Below, one piece after another: positions 9,829 to 19,052 of a DNA stretch of 64,000 nucleotides. The notes under the pieces were generated by a model that was not told the origin of the DNA, did not search any database, and saw only the letters and a list, made by a program, of their open reading frames with translations. The translations under genes were made by a program, and so were the position numbers. This stretch comes from Comamonadaceae bacterium (GTDB taxonomy: Bacteria > Pseudomonadota > Gammaproteobacteria > Burkholderiales > Burkholderiaceae_C). The stretch lies in the NCBI GenBank assembly GCA_947378785.1, contig CANCLK010000002.1:6295-70294 (forward strand). The letters run 5' to 3'. The first letter of the stretch is position 1; each line of letters begins with the position of its first letter.

Positions 9829-10893
9829 ATGCAGCGCTGGATAAAAAAATTAGTGAGTTTGCTTTTGTCGACCGTGACCCTCTGCGCCATGGCGCAAAGC
9901 TATCCAGCCCCCAAGCCGGGCAGCTGGACGGCCAAGGACTTTCGCTTTCACACCGGTGAGGTCATGGCCGAACTGAAGATCGGTTACACCACGGTGGGTG
10001 AGCCGACCGGTGAACCTGTGATCATTTTGCATGGCACCGCCGGGTCAGGCGCGGGGCTGTTGACACCGGCGTTTGCCGGTCAACTGTTCGGCCCGGGGCA
10101 GGCGCTTGACGCCAGCAAGTACTTCATCATCTTGCCTGACGCGATTGGCACGGGTCGTTCGACCAAGCCCTCAGACGGTTTGCGCGCCAAGTTTCCGCAT
10201 TACAACTACACCGACATGGTGGCCGCGCAACACCGGCTGGTCACCGAAGGGCTGGGCGTCAAACATGTGCGTTTGGTGCTGGGGAATTCTATGGGTGGCA
10301 TGCAGACATGGATGTGGGGCGTCACGCACCCGGACTTCATGGACGTGTTGGTGCCGATGGCCGCCATGCCCAGCCCCATGTCAGGTCGGAACTGGATGAT
10401 GCGGCGACTGATCATTGACTCGATCCGCAATGACCCTGAGTGGATGGGCGGCAACTACACCACCCAGCCGCGCAGCGCGCAATTTGCATCTGTGTTTTAT
10501 TCGACCGCCACCAGCGGCGGCCATCAAGCTTTGCAAATGCTGGCGCCGACCAGCGACAAGGCCGACCAGTTGCTGGACTTGCGACTCAAGACGCCAGTGC
10601 CGGGGGATGCCAACGATCTTTTGTACCAATGGGCGTCCTCGCGCGACTACAACCCGTTGGCCGGCTTAGAAAAAATCAAGGCGACGCTGCTGGCTATCAA
10701 CTCCGCTGACGACGAACGGAATCCGCCTGAACTGGGTGTGATGGAACGTGAACTCAAGCGCGTTCCAAAGGGTCGTCTTTTGTTATTGCCGGCCAGTGAC
10801 CAGACGGCTGGTCACGGCACCACGGGGCAGGCTAAATGGTGGAAAGAGCCAGTCGCTGAACTGCTGAAAAACGCACCTCAAAATTCACGCTGA
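9829..10893 (+). CDS. Exported alpha/beta hydrolase, homoserine acetyltransferase (MetX)-like fold
   Basis: Signal peptide (AMA-Q), HGTAG, GNSMGG, NSADD, GHGT. Confidence 0.85.
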   Translation: MQRWIKKLVSLLLSTVTLCAMAQSYPAPKPGSWTAKDFRFHTGEVMAELKIGYTTVGEPTGEPVIILHGTAGSGAGLLTPAFAGQLFGPGQALDASKYFIILPDAIGTGRSTKPSDGLRAKFPHYNYTDMVAAQHRLVTEGLGVKHVRLVLGNSMGGMQTWMWGVTHPDFMDVLVPMAAMPSPMSGRNWMMRRLIIDSIRNDPEWMGGNYTTQPRSAQFASVFYSTATSGGHQALQMLAPTSDKADQLLDLRLKTPVPGDANDLLYQWASSRDYNPLAGLEKIKATLLAINSADDERNPPELGVMERELKRVPKGRLLLLPASDQTAGHGTTGQAKWWKEPVAELLKNAPQNSR

Positions 10894-10932
10894 TTCAGCC
10901 GTGCTGGCTTAGATCCCTCTGAGGACATAGAC

Positions 10933-13029
10933 ATGAAAAAATCCCTCCGAATTTTGGCCGGTGGCCTGTTGATCTTGTCCTGCGCCGTGCAGGCGCGCGT
11001 CACGCGCATCGTGATCGACGAAACCCTGCCAATGCCCGCAGTGGCTGGCGCACCAAACGGCATGGCGTATGAGCAGATGGCCGGCAGAGCCTTTGGTGAG
11101 TTGGACCCCAAGCTGCCGGGCAACGCCATCATTCAAGACATCGAATTGGCCAAGGACGCGGACGGCAAAGTGCGTTACGTGGCGTCGTTCGTTATTTACA
11201 AACCGGTTGACTTGAAACAGGCCAGCGGTTTGATGTGGCACGACGTGCCTAACCGTGGACGGGTCTATCCCTTTGCGCCGCAGGAGCGGGCTTTCGGCGA
11301 CATCGAACTGGCCAGCGCCTGGCAGGGCGACAACGTTGGCGCCACCACGGTGAGGCCTACAGCCAGCGTGGCTGGCATGCAGTTTTTGCAAGTTCCCGTT
11401 GCGCGTCAGGTCGATGGATCGCGTGTCACGGGCCAAGTCCTCGGGCGCATCGTCAACCGCAGCGGTCCGGGCTCGCAGCCGCTGATGGTTCAAACCAACC
11501 CCGTGCCCTACAAACCCATGAGTTTGGAGACCGCCAAAGCCAAATTAACGTCGCGCGCCGGCGAGACCATGAACGGCGAGGTGATTGACGAGCAATCCAT
11601 TGCTGCAAGCGATTGGGCTTGGGCGCGTTGTGACGCACAAAACCCGTTTCCCGGTGTGCCCGACGCGACGCAGATTTGCCTGAAAAAAGGCTTTGACGCG
11701 AAGCGTCTTTACCAAGTGGTGTTCACCGCGGCGGACCCCTATGTGCTCGGTGTGGGTTTTGCCGCTTGGCGTGATGTCGGCGCATTCTTCAAACAGGCGC
11801 AGGCCGACGATGTGGGCACACCCAATCCGATAGCCAAAACGGTGAAGCACAGCATTGGCCGGGGTGTTTCTCAATCGGGCAATTACTTGCGGGGTTGGCT
11901 GCACCTTGGCTTTAACCGCGATGAAACTGGTGCGACCGTGCATGACGGCTTGTGGCCGATCATCGCGGGTCGGCGAATAGCTCTGAACTTCCGCTGGGCG
12001 CAACCCGACGGCGTTCTTGAGTTGTATCAAGCGGGTAGCGAAGGCCCCCAGTGGTGGCTGCCGCATCCAGACCTGTTGCGCGGGATTCCTGCTGCCGGAA
12101 TCTTGGACCGCTGCACCGCCACGACAACCTGCCCCAAGGTGATGGAGCACTTTGGCTCAGCTGAAGTCTGGGCTTTGAAGCTGACGCCTGAGTGGGTCGG
12201 CACCGATGCCAAGCAAGACCTGCCTTTGCCGGCCAACGTGAAGCGTTATTACATCGCGGGCAGTAACCACGGCGGCGGCGCGGGTGGTTTCAATTCAAGC
12301 CTGCCGGGTGTCGGCTTGCCGAAAGAAGGGCCGATGTGCCCTGGTAACAATTTTGGACAAGGGGTTTTACCGGCCAACCCCATGCCACACACGCAAACCG
12401 TCAATGCGCTGCGCGTGCACTTTCGCAACTGGGTGATGCTCGGAACCGAGCCACCCGCCAGTCGTTATCCGATGCTCGCTGTGGGCACGCTGGTCGAAGC
12501 GCACAAGGTTGCCATGGGTTTTCCGGCGCTGCCCGGCTTGCGCCCCACGTTGCCTGAGCGCGACTTCATCATGCCGGTTCATGACTACGATTGGGGCCCA
12601 GATTTCAAGGCCGTCGACGGTTCAGGCATTCCCTCTTTGGCACCGCCAAAGATCAAACAAGTTCTGAAGATGATGGCCCCCAAGGTCAATGCCGATGGCA
12701 ACGAGCTCGGCGGTTTGCCCGTGGTGTTGGCCGATGCCCCGCTGGGGACGTATCTTGGCTGGAACATCACGGCAGATGGCGCACTGCCGTTTCACAAAGA
12801 CCAGATTTGCAACTATGTGGGCGGCATGGTGCCGTTTGCACGTCACGCGAAAGAACGCATCGCCAGTCGCGACACTCGACTTTCTTTGGAGGAGCGCTAT
12901 GGCTCGCACGACGGCTACGTGGCCGCAGTGACCCAAGCCGCCGAGCGGGCCCGCAAAGAAGGCTTCTTACTCGAAGAGGATGCCAAGGCGTTGGTCACCG
13001 AAGCCAGCGCCAGCGCGGTGCTGCGTTAA
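10933..13029 (+). CDS. Large exported alpha/beta hydrolase-domain protein
   Basis: Signal peptide (VQA-R), GVSQSG nucleophile-like motif, C-terminal RLSLEERY..GFLL. Confidence 0.75.
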   Translation: MKKSLRILAGGLLILSCAVQARVTRIVIDETLPMPAVAGAPNGMAYEQMAGRAFGELDPKLPGNAIIQDIELAKDADGKVRYVASFVIYKPVDLKQASGLMWHDVPNRGRVYPFAPQERAFGDIELASAWQGDNVGATTVRPTASVAGMQFLQVPVARQVDGSRVTGQVLGRIVNRSGPGSQPLMVQTNPVPYKPMSLETAKAKLTSRAGETMNGEVIDEQSIAASDWAWARCDAQNPFPGVPDATQICLKKGFDAKRLYQVVFTAADPYVLGVGFAAWRDVGAFFKQAQADDVGTPNPIAKTVKHSIGRGVSQSGNYLRGWLHLGFNRDETGATVHDGLWPIIAGRRIALNFRWAQPDGVLELYQAGSEGPQWWLPHPDLLRGIPAAGILDRCTATTTCPKVMEHFGSAEVWALKLTPEWVGTDAKQDLPLPANVKRYYIAGSNHGGGAGGFNSSLPGVGLPKEGPMCPGNNFGQGVLPANPMPHTQTVNALRVHFRNWVMLGTEPPASRYPMLAVGTLVEAHKVAMGFPALPGLRPTLPERDFIMPVHDYDWGPDFKAVDGSGIPSLAPPKIKQVLKMMAPKVNADGNELGGLPVVLADAPLGTYLGWNITADGALPFHKDQICNYVGGMVPFARHAKERIASRDTRLSLEERYGSHDGYVAAVTQAAERARKEGFLLEEDAKALVTEASASAVLR

Positions 13030-13100
13030 GCCCTTGCCGATGCTAGACTCGCGGCCCAACGCCCGTCATTCTGCTGAGCCGCAGCACCTTTGAGAACCCC

Positions 13101-14159
13101 ATGAAATCACCGAGCCTTTCAGGTAGCCGCCAACTCGGCTTTGGCTTTGACGAGGCTTCTGCTCCGATGCCCGCAGTGCCGCCGGTGATCGCTTTGCAGG
13201 TGGCTCCGAAGCCCAGTGCGCCGATACCAGCCAAGCCAAAGGCCGACACAAACCCTGACGTTAACGCCGAAGCCATGGCGAAGGTGCTGGACGCGCACCC
13301 TGACTTTCGCGTCCTACGCCGCCTGGCACCCCGGTTCGAATTTCCGCCGGCCACCGGACCGGTGGCAACGCTGCTGGTGCTCGACACCGAAACCACCGGC
13401 CTGAACGCGGCGCGGGACAAAGTCGTCGAGCTGGCCTTGCTGCGCGTCACGGTGGACTTGCTGACCGGCCAGCCGGTCGGTGCTGTGCAGGTGTATGACG
13501 GTCTGGAAGATCCTGGCATGCCGATGCCCGACGAAATCATCGCCATCACGGGCATCACCGACGACATGCTGCGCGGGCAGCGGCTGGACGATGCTGAGGT
13601 GCTGCGCATGCTCGAAGGGGTCGACCTGGTGCTGGCGCACAACGCCGGCTTTGACCGTCCTTTTGTTGAGTCCCGACTGCCGCAGTTCGCGGCCCTGAAT
13701 TGGGCGTGCTCGTTTGCCGACATCGACTGGAAGCAAGAGGGCCGCGGCTCGGCCAAGCTGACCTCGCTGGCCTACGACCTCGGATTCTTCTACGATGCGC
13801 ACCGTGCCGAGATGGACTGCCATGCGCTGCTGGCGGTGTTGATGGCGTCACTTAAAACGACCCAAGCCAGTGGCCTGTCGCGCTTGATCGAATCGGTCCT
13901 CACGCCAACCTTTCGCTTGCAAGCGACGAACGCGCCGTTTGACGCCAAAGACCTGCTCAAGGCGCGCGGCTACCGGTGGGATGGCGCGCAAAAAGTTTGG
14001 CACACGCGCTTGGGGGATGCCTCTGCTTTGACGCTTGAATGCGAGTGGCTCAAATCAGCCGTCTACGCGGGTCGGAGCAGCCGGGTTCAGGTCGAAGAAC
14101 TCGACGCTAAAACCAAGTATTCGTCGCGACCCGGGCAAGTCGGCTGGCGCGAACTCTGA
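13101..14159 (+). CDS. DEDDh 3'-5' exonuclease (DnaQ/Pol III epsilon-like)
   Basis: LDTETTG, AHNAGFD, HRAEMDC. Confidence 0.9.
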   Translation: MKSPSLSGSRQLGFGFDEASAPMPAVPPVIALQVAPKPSAPIPAKPKADTNPDVNAEAMAKVLDAHPDFRVLRRLAPRFEFPPATGPVATLLVLDTETTGLNAARDKVVELALLRVTVDLLTGQPVGAVQVYDGLEDPGMPMPDEIIAITGITDDMLRGQRLDDAEVLRMLEGVDLVLAHNAGFDRPFVESRLPQFAALNWACSFADIDWKQEGRGSAKLTSLAYDLGFFYDAHRAEMDCHALLAVLMASLKTTQASGLSRLIESVLTPTFRLQATNAPFDAKDLLKARGYRWDGAQKVWHTRLGDASALTLECEWLKSAVYAGRSSRVQVEELDAKTKYSSRPGQVGWREL

Positions 14160-14195
14160 GTCTTTGAGTTTGAGGAATATAGAAATTCCCTTACC

Positions 14196-14260
14196 CGTCT
14201 CTGCGAGCGAAGCGCGGCAGTCCATGACCGCTGGATTGCCGCGCTTCGCTCGCAGTGACG
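14196..14260. repeat. Long palindromic REP/RPE-like element, copy 1
   Basis: 29-bp arms 14196-14224 and 14232-14260 with 2 mismatches, between convergent genes. Confidence 0.85.
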
Positions 14261-14283
14261 TTATTTTTGCGCGGCGTCCGGGT

Positions 14284-15174
14284 TTATTCAGCCTTCAGTT
14301 TGAGGGCAGCGTCATACAGTTCGTTGCGTGATGCACCGGTGATCTCTGCCGCCAGCTTGACGGCTGTCTTGAGCGGCAATTCAGCCAGCAGCAACTTCAA
14401 CACGCGCCCACCATCGTCCGCGGCGGCCGCTTGTGGGGCTGGGTGCAGCACCAGCGCAAATTCACCGCGCAGACGCTGCGGGTTCGCGGCTAGCCATTCC
14501 GGCAGTTCATTGGCGGGCAGGGTGGCAATTTCCTCAAACTGTTTGGTCAGCTCTCGCGCCACGGTGATGGCGCGCTCAGCCAGCGGCGCACAGGCGCGGG
14601 CCAGCGCCTCCATGCGATGCGGCGCTTCCAAAATCACCACCGCACGTTTTTCAGTCAGCAAGGTTTGCACGGCCTGATCGCGCTCGCCCGCTTTGCTCGG
14701 CAAAAAACCGGCGAACACAAAACCGCTGTCGCCAGAAATGCCTGCCACGCTCAAGGCGGTGGTGACGCTGCTGGCGCCCGGCAGTGGCATGCTTTTGAAG
14801 CCAGCCGCGCGGACTGCCGCCACCAGCCGCGCACCCGGGTCGCTGATGGCGGGTGTGCCGGCGTCGCAGACATAAGCCACGCGCTCACCGCGTTGCAACC
14901 TGTTGATGACGGCGCCCGCTGCCTCGGCTTCGTTGTGTTCGTGTACGGGTAGCAAGGGCTTGTTGACGCCGTACTGGCGCAGCAGCGTTTGGGTGTGGCG
15001 GGTGTCTTCGCAGCCGATCGCATCGACCAAGCCCAGCACATGCAACGCGCGCAAGCTGATGTCAGACAAATTACCAATAGGCGTGGCAACCACGTAAAGT
15101 GTGGCGGGTGGGTAATGTTGCAGGCCAGCGGCAGCCCGAGCGGCCTCAAGGGCCAAGTCGAAAGAAGCGTTCAA
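14284..15174 (-). CDS. rsmI: 16S rRNA (cytidine1402-2'-O)-methyltransferase
   Basis: LYVVATPIGNL.DIS.RA, CEDTR, DAGTPAISDPG, RELTK, RGEF; divergent from yraN. Confidence 0.96.
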   Translation of the reverse strand: MNASFDLALEAARAAAGLQHYPPATLYVVATPIGNLSDISLRALHVLGLVDAIGCEDTRHTQTLLRQYGVNKPLLPVHEHNEAEAAGAVINRLQRGERVAYVCDAGTPAISDPGARLVAAVRAAGFKSMPLPGASSVTTALSVAGISGDSGFVFAGFLPSKAGERDQAVQTLLTEKRAVVILEAPHRMEALARACAPLAERAITVARELTKQFEEIATLPANELPEWLAANPQRLRGEFALVLHPAPQAAAADDGGRVLKLLLAELPLKTAVKLAAEITGASRNELYDAALKLKAE

Positions 15175-15584
15175 TGTGGTTTTCCAAAAAACAAGCGGCA
15201 GCGCCGACCGGGCAGATTACCACCAAGCGTCGGGGCGACGCGGCGGAAGCCTTGGCCTGTGCGTACCTGACGGGGCAGGGTTTGCGCTTGGTCGAGGCTA
15301 ACTTCAACACGCCGGGCCGCGGCGGTGGCGAGATTGACCTGGTGATGCGGGCGCTGGATGGCACGCTGGTTTTTGTTGAAGTGCGCCAACGCAGCACGGC
15401 TTCGCACGGTGGTGCGGGCGGCAGCATCACGCACACCAAGCAGCGCCGAATTATCTTTGCTGCGCGGCATTATTTGATGCGTTTTGCGAATTCGCCACCC
15501 TGCCGCTTTGATGTCGTACTGGTGCAGGGGCCTGAGGGCCAGCAGACGATTGAATGGTTGCAAGCGGCGTTTGATGCGTCTTGA
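15174..15584 (+). CDS. yraN: YraN (UPF0102) nuclease-like protein
   Basis: G..AE, GEIDL, LVFVEV, RFDV; conserved context. Confidence 0.93.
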   Translation: MWFSKKQAAAPTGQITTKRRGDAAEALACAYLTGQGLRLVEANFNTPGRGGGEIDLVMRALDGTLVFVEVRQRSTASHGGAGGSITHTKQRRIIFAARHYLMRFANSPPCRFDVVLVQGPEGQQTIEWLQAAFDAS

Positions 15585-15621
15585 CACACGGGTCTAAGCC
15601 GGTGACGCTATCATGGAGGGC

Positions 15622-16221
15622 ATGATTGAACAACGCATTGAGCAGCACTTTATTGACAGTGCCGACCTCAAATACCAAGCGGCGCAAGTCCTGTCGAAAC
15701 CGATTGCGGCCGCTGTTTCCGCCATCCTTGCCAGTGTCACCAGTGGTGGCAAGGTGCTGGCCTGCGGCAACGGTGGCGGTGCGGCCAGTGCACAACATTT
15801 CGCAGCCAAGTTTGTGGGTCGCTACGACCGTGAGCGCCCCGAGCTGGCCGCCATCGCCCTCACCACCGACTCATCTGTTGTCACGGCTATCGCCAATGAC
15901 TTTGATTTCAATGTGATCTTCGCCAAGCAAGTGCGCGCCTTTGGCGGTGCTGGCGATGTCTTGTTGGCCATCAGCAGCAGCGGCGATTCAGCCAATGTGT
16001 TGGCGGCCATTGACGCGGCCCACGAACGCGACATGACCGTGGTGGCGCTGACCGGCAAGGGCGGCGGCAAGATGACATTCGCCCTGCGCGAAACCGATGT
16101 GCATATCTGCATTCCGCACGACCACACCAGCCGCATTCAGGAGGCCCACTTGTTGGTCTTGCACTGTATTTGCGATGGTGTGGACGCTCAATTACTAGGT
16201 GATCAGGAGGTCTCTATATGA
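15622..16221 (+). CDS. SIS-domain GmhA/DiaA family protein
   Basis: CGNGG, ALTTD, AIANDF, IQEAH; between yraN and the BON gene. Confidence 0.9.
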   Translation: MIEQRIEQHFIDSADLKYQAAQVLSKPIAAAVSAILASVTSGGKVLACGNGGGAASAQHFAAKFVGRYDRERPELAAIALTTDSSVVTAIANDFDFNVIFAKQVRAFGGAGDVLLAISSSGDSANVLAAIDAAHERDMTVVALTGKGGGKMTFALRETDVHICIPHDHTSRIQEAHLLVLHCICDGVDAQLLGDQEVSI

Positions 16222-16877
16222 ACCCGTCAGTCTTTCAACGTCGGCTACTCGCCGCAGGTTTCACGGCCGCTATCGTCGGCATCGCCGGCAGTCTCACGGC
16301 TTGCGTGCCGCTGGTCTTGGGGGGCGCTGCAGCCGGTACGGCGCTGGTCGCTACCGACCGTCGCACCTCGGGCGCCCAGCTCGAGGATGAAGGCATTGAA
16401 CTGCGCTCACTCAGCCGTGTGCGCGAGAACTTTGGCACGCGCGTCCGCGTCAGTACGGTCAGCTTCAATCGGCAGGTGCTGCTGACCGGAGAGGTGCCTA
16501 ACCTGCAAGACAAGCAGGCGGTCGAAGACATGGTGAAGAAAATTCAAAATGTCGCGTCAGTCGTTAACGAGTTGGGGGTCCGCAGCTCGCCATCTTTGGT
16601 CGACCGTTCGTCCGACTTGCTCATCACTGGCCGCCTCAAGGCCGCGATATTGGATGCGCGTGACTTGCAAAGCAACGCCTTCAAAGTGGTGACTGAGAAC
16701 AATACGGTTTACCTGATGGGTCGCGTGACGCAACGTGAGGCCGAACGCGTCACAGGCATCGCGCGCACCATTCCCGGTACGCAGCGGGTGGTACGCATTT
16801 TCGAGACGATCAGTGAAGATGAACTGCGTCGCTTGCAGCCGCAGCGCTCAGAACCGGCCGTGCCACCCAAGGCCTAA
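16218..16877 (+). CDS. Dual-BON lipoprotein (DolP/YraP-like)
   Basis: Lipobox LTAC, DRRTSGAQLED, VLLTGEV, VYLMG. Confidence 0.92.
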   Translation: MNPSVFQRRLLAAGFTAAIVGIAGSLTACVPLVLGGAAAGTALVATDRRTSGAQLEDEGIELRSLSRVRENFGTRVRVSTVSFNRQVLLTGEVPNLQDKQAVEDMVKKIQNVASVVNELGVRSSPSLVDRSSDLLITGRLKAAILDARDLQSNAFKVVTENNTVYLMGRVTQREAERVTGIARTIPGTQRVVRIFETISEDELRRLQPQRSEPAVPPKA

Positions 16878-16884
16878 ACGGCCC

Positions 16885-17802
16885 TTATTTCAGCCGCTTG
16901 ATCAGGCTGGAGGTGTCCCAACGGCGGCCACCCATGGCCTGCACGTCTGCATAAAACTGGTCAACCAAGGCCGTGACGGGCAGTCGTGCGCCATTGTGCT
17001 TGGCTTCGTCCAGCACCAGCCCCAAGTCTTTGCGCATCCAGTCGACGGCAAAGCCGAAATCAAACTTGTCGGCGACCATGGTGGTACCGCGGTTTTCGAG
17101 CTGCCAGCTTTGGGCGGCGCCTTTGCCGATCACGTCTAGCGCCAGATTCATGTCGAGGCCGGCTTTTTGGCCGAAGGCGATGGCTTCGCTCAAGCCCTGT
17201 ACCAGCCCAGCGATGCAAATCTGGTTGACCATCTTGGTCAGTTGGCCTGAACCGCTGTCACCCATCAGGGTGAAGGCTTTTGAAAAAGCCATGCCCGCTG
17301 GTTTGACGTTGTCAAAGGCGGCAGCGTCGCCGCCGCACATGACTGTGAGCGCGCCGTTTTGGGCGCCACCCTGACCGCCCGAGACGGGTGCATCTACAAA
17401 GTGCAAGCCAAGGTTTTTGGCGGCCGCGTACAACTCGCGCGCCACGGTGGCGGAAGCTGTGGTGTGGTCGACAAACACCGCACCTGGTTGCATGCCGGCA
17501 AAAGCGCCATCTGCGCCCAGCGTCACACCACGCAGGTCATCATCGTTGCCGACGCAGCAAAAAACAATGTCAGCACCCGTGGCGGCCAAGCGCGGTGTAG
17601 CGGCTTGGCGTGGTGCGGCCGTGCCCGAAAATTCATCGCACCAAGCGGCCGACTTGCTGGCGGTGCGGTTGTACACCGTGACCTGATGACCTGCCAATGC
17701 CAGATGCCCGGCCATGGGGTAGCCCATCACACCCAAGCCGATAAAGGCGACTTTTCGGGAGGTGGAGGGTGAGTAACTTTTGGCGTTGGTGCTGGTGGTC
17801 AT
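16885..17802 (-). CDS. NAD(P)-dependent beta-hydroxyacid dehydrogenase
   Basis: FIGLGVMGYPMA, DAPVSGG, KMVNQ, KDL. Confidence 0.92.
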   Translation of the reverse strand: MTTSTNAKSYSPSTSRKVAFIGLGVMGYPMAGHLALAGHQVTVYNRTASKSAAWCDEFSGTAAPRQAATPRLAATGADIVFCCVGNDDDLRGVTLGADGAFAGMQPGAVFVDHTTASATVARELYAAAKNLGLHFVDAPVSGGQGGAQNGALTVMCGGDAAAFDNVKPAGMAFSKAFTLMGDSGSGQLTKMVNQICIAGLVQGLSEAIAFGQKAGLDMNLALDVIGKGAAQSWQLENRGTTMVADKFDFGFAVDWMRKDLGLVLDEAKHNGARLPVTALVDQFYADVQAMGGRRWDTSSLIKRLK

Positions 17803-17891
17803 GGTGATGTCTTTGTAGTTTGGAAAAGGAGATGTAGCAGCAGTGGCTGCAGCGAGAATGATTTTTACACAGCATCCCATCAGGGCGGTTT

Positions 17892-18935
17892 TCACCCCGG
17901 AAATTGCGCGGGCGTTTTGGCTTTGCAGCGCGCTTCTGCTGGCGTGATCTGCTGGCGTTTGAGCAACTCCGCCAAGCTTTGGTCAAGTGTTTGCATGCCT
18001 TGGCTCAGGCCAGTTTGGAGGCTCGAATACATTTGGGCCACTTTGCCTTCCCGAATCAAATTGCGGATGGCCGGCGTGCCCAGCATGATCTCGTGTGCCG
18101 CGACTCTGCCCAAGCCGTCAGCCGTCTTGCACAAGGTTTGCGCCACCACGCCCTGCAATGACTCGGACAGCATGCTGCGCACCATCTCTTTCTCGTCAGC
18201 GGGAAATACATCGATGATGCGGTCAATGGTCTTCGGGGCGCTGGTGGTGTGCAGGGTGCCGAACACCAGGTGACCGGTTTCAGCGGCGGACAAAGCCAGA
18301 CGAATGGTTTCCAAGTCTCTCATCTCGCCCACCAAAATCACGTCAGGATCTTCTCGCAAAGCAGATCGGAGTGCAGCGCTGAAGCTGTGCGTATGGCGGC
18401 CCACTTCGCGCTGATTCACAAGACATTTCTTCGCCTCGTGAACAAACTCGATGGGGTCTTCTACGGTGATGATGTGACCGCGTTCTGTGCGGTTGTAAAA
18501 GTCCATCATCGCCGCCAGCGTGGTCGACTTGCCCGACCCCGTTGGCCCGGTCACCAGCACCAGTCCGTGCGATTTGAGCGCCAACTCGGCCACGATGGCG
18601 GGTGTGCCGAGGGTTTCAAGCAGAGGCACAGTCGATGGGATGCTGCGGAAAACCGCGCCCGCACCGCGACTGTGTTGAAACGCATTCACGCGAAAACGCG
18701 CCAAGCCCGGCACATCCAACGCAAAGTCCAGCTCCAGCGCAGTCGCAAAGTCATCGCGCTGCTGGCGGCTCATCGCCTGCGCTAACAAATGGTCAACCTG
18801 TGCCGCGTCCATGACCGGCAGATCCATGGCGTGAATGTCGCCATGCACGCGCAGCATGGGCGGTCGCCCGGACGACAGATGCAGGTCTGATGCCTGGCGG
18901 GTTGTTGCGGTGGTCAGCAGTTGGGTGAGTTCCAT
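17892..18935 (-). CDS. pilT: Type IV pilus retraction ATPase PilT
   Basis: GPTGSGKST, LREDPD, TGHLVFGTLH, AIRNLIRE; divergent from yggS. Confidence 0.95.
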   Translation of the reverse strand: MELTQLLTTATTRQASDLHLSSGRPPMLRVHGDIHAMDLPVMDAAQVDHLLAQAMSRQQRDDFATALELDFALDVPGLARFRVNAFQHSRGAGAVFRSIPSTVPLLETLGTPAIVAELALKSHGLVLVTGPTGSGKSTTLAAMMDFYNRTERGHIITVEDPIEFVHEAKKCLVNQREVGRHTHSFSAALRSALREDPDVILVGEMRDLETIRLALSAAETGHLVFGTLHTTSAPKTIDRIIDVFPADEKEMVRSMLSESLQGVVAQTLCKTADGLGRVAAHEIMLGTPAIRNLIREGKVAQMYSSLQTGLSQGMQTLDQSLAELLKRQQITPAEARCKAKTPAQFPG

Positions 18936-19052
18936 AAAAGCCTTTGCTAAATTCTTTCAATGTAAATCAAAAGTAATATTTTTTAGTCTTGCAGAGATAG
19001 GCTTCTGACCTTGCGCGTAAAAGACAGTTGGCAGTTCGTTACAGTCAGCTGC

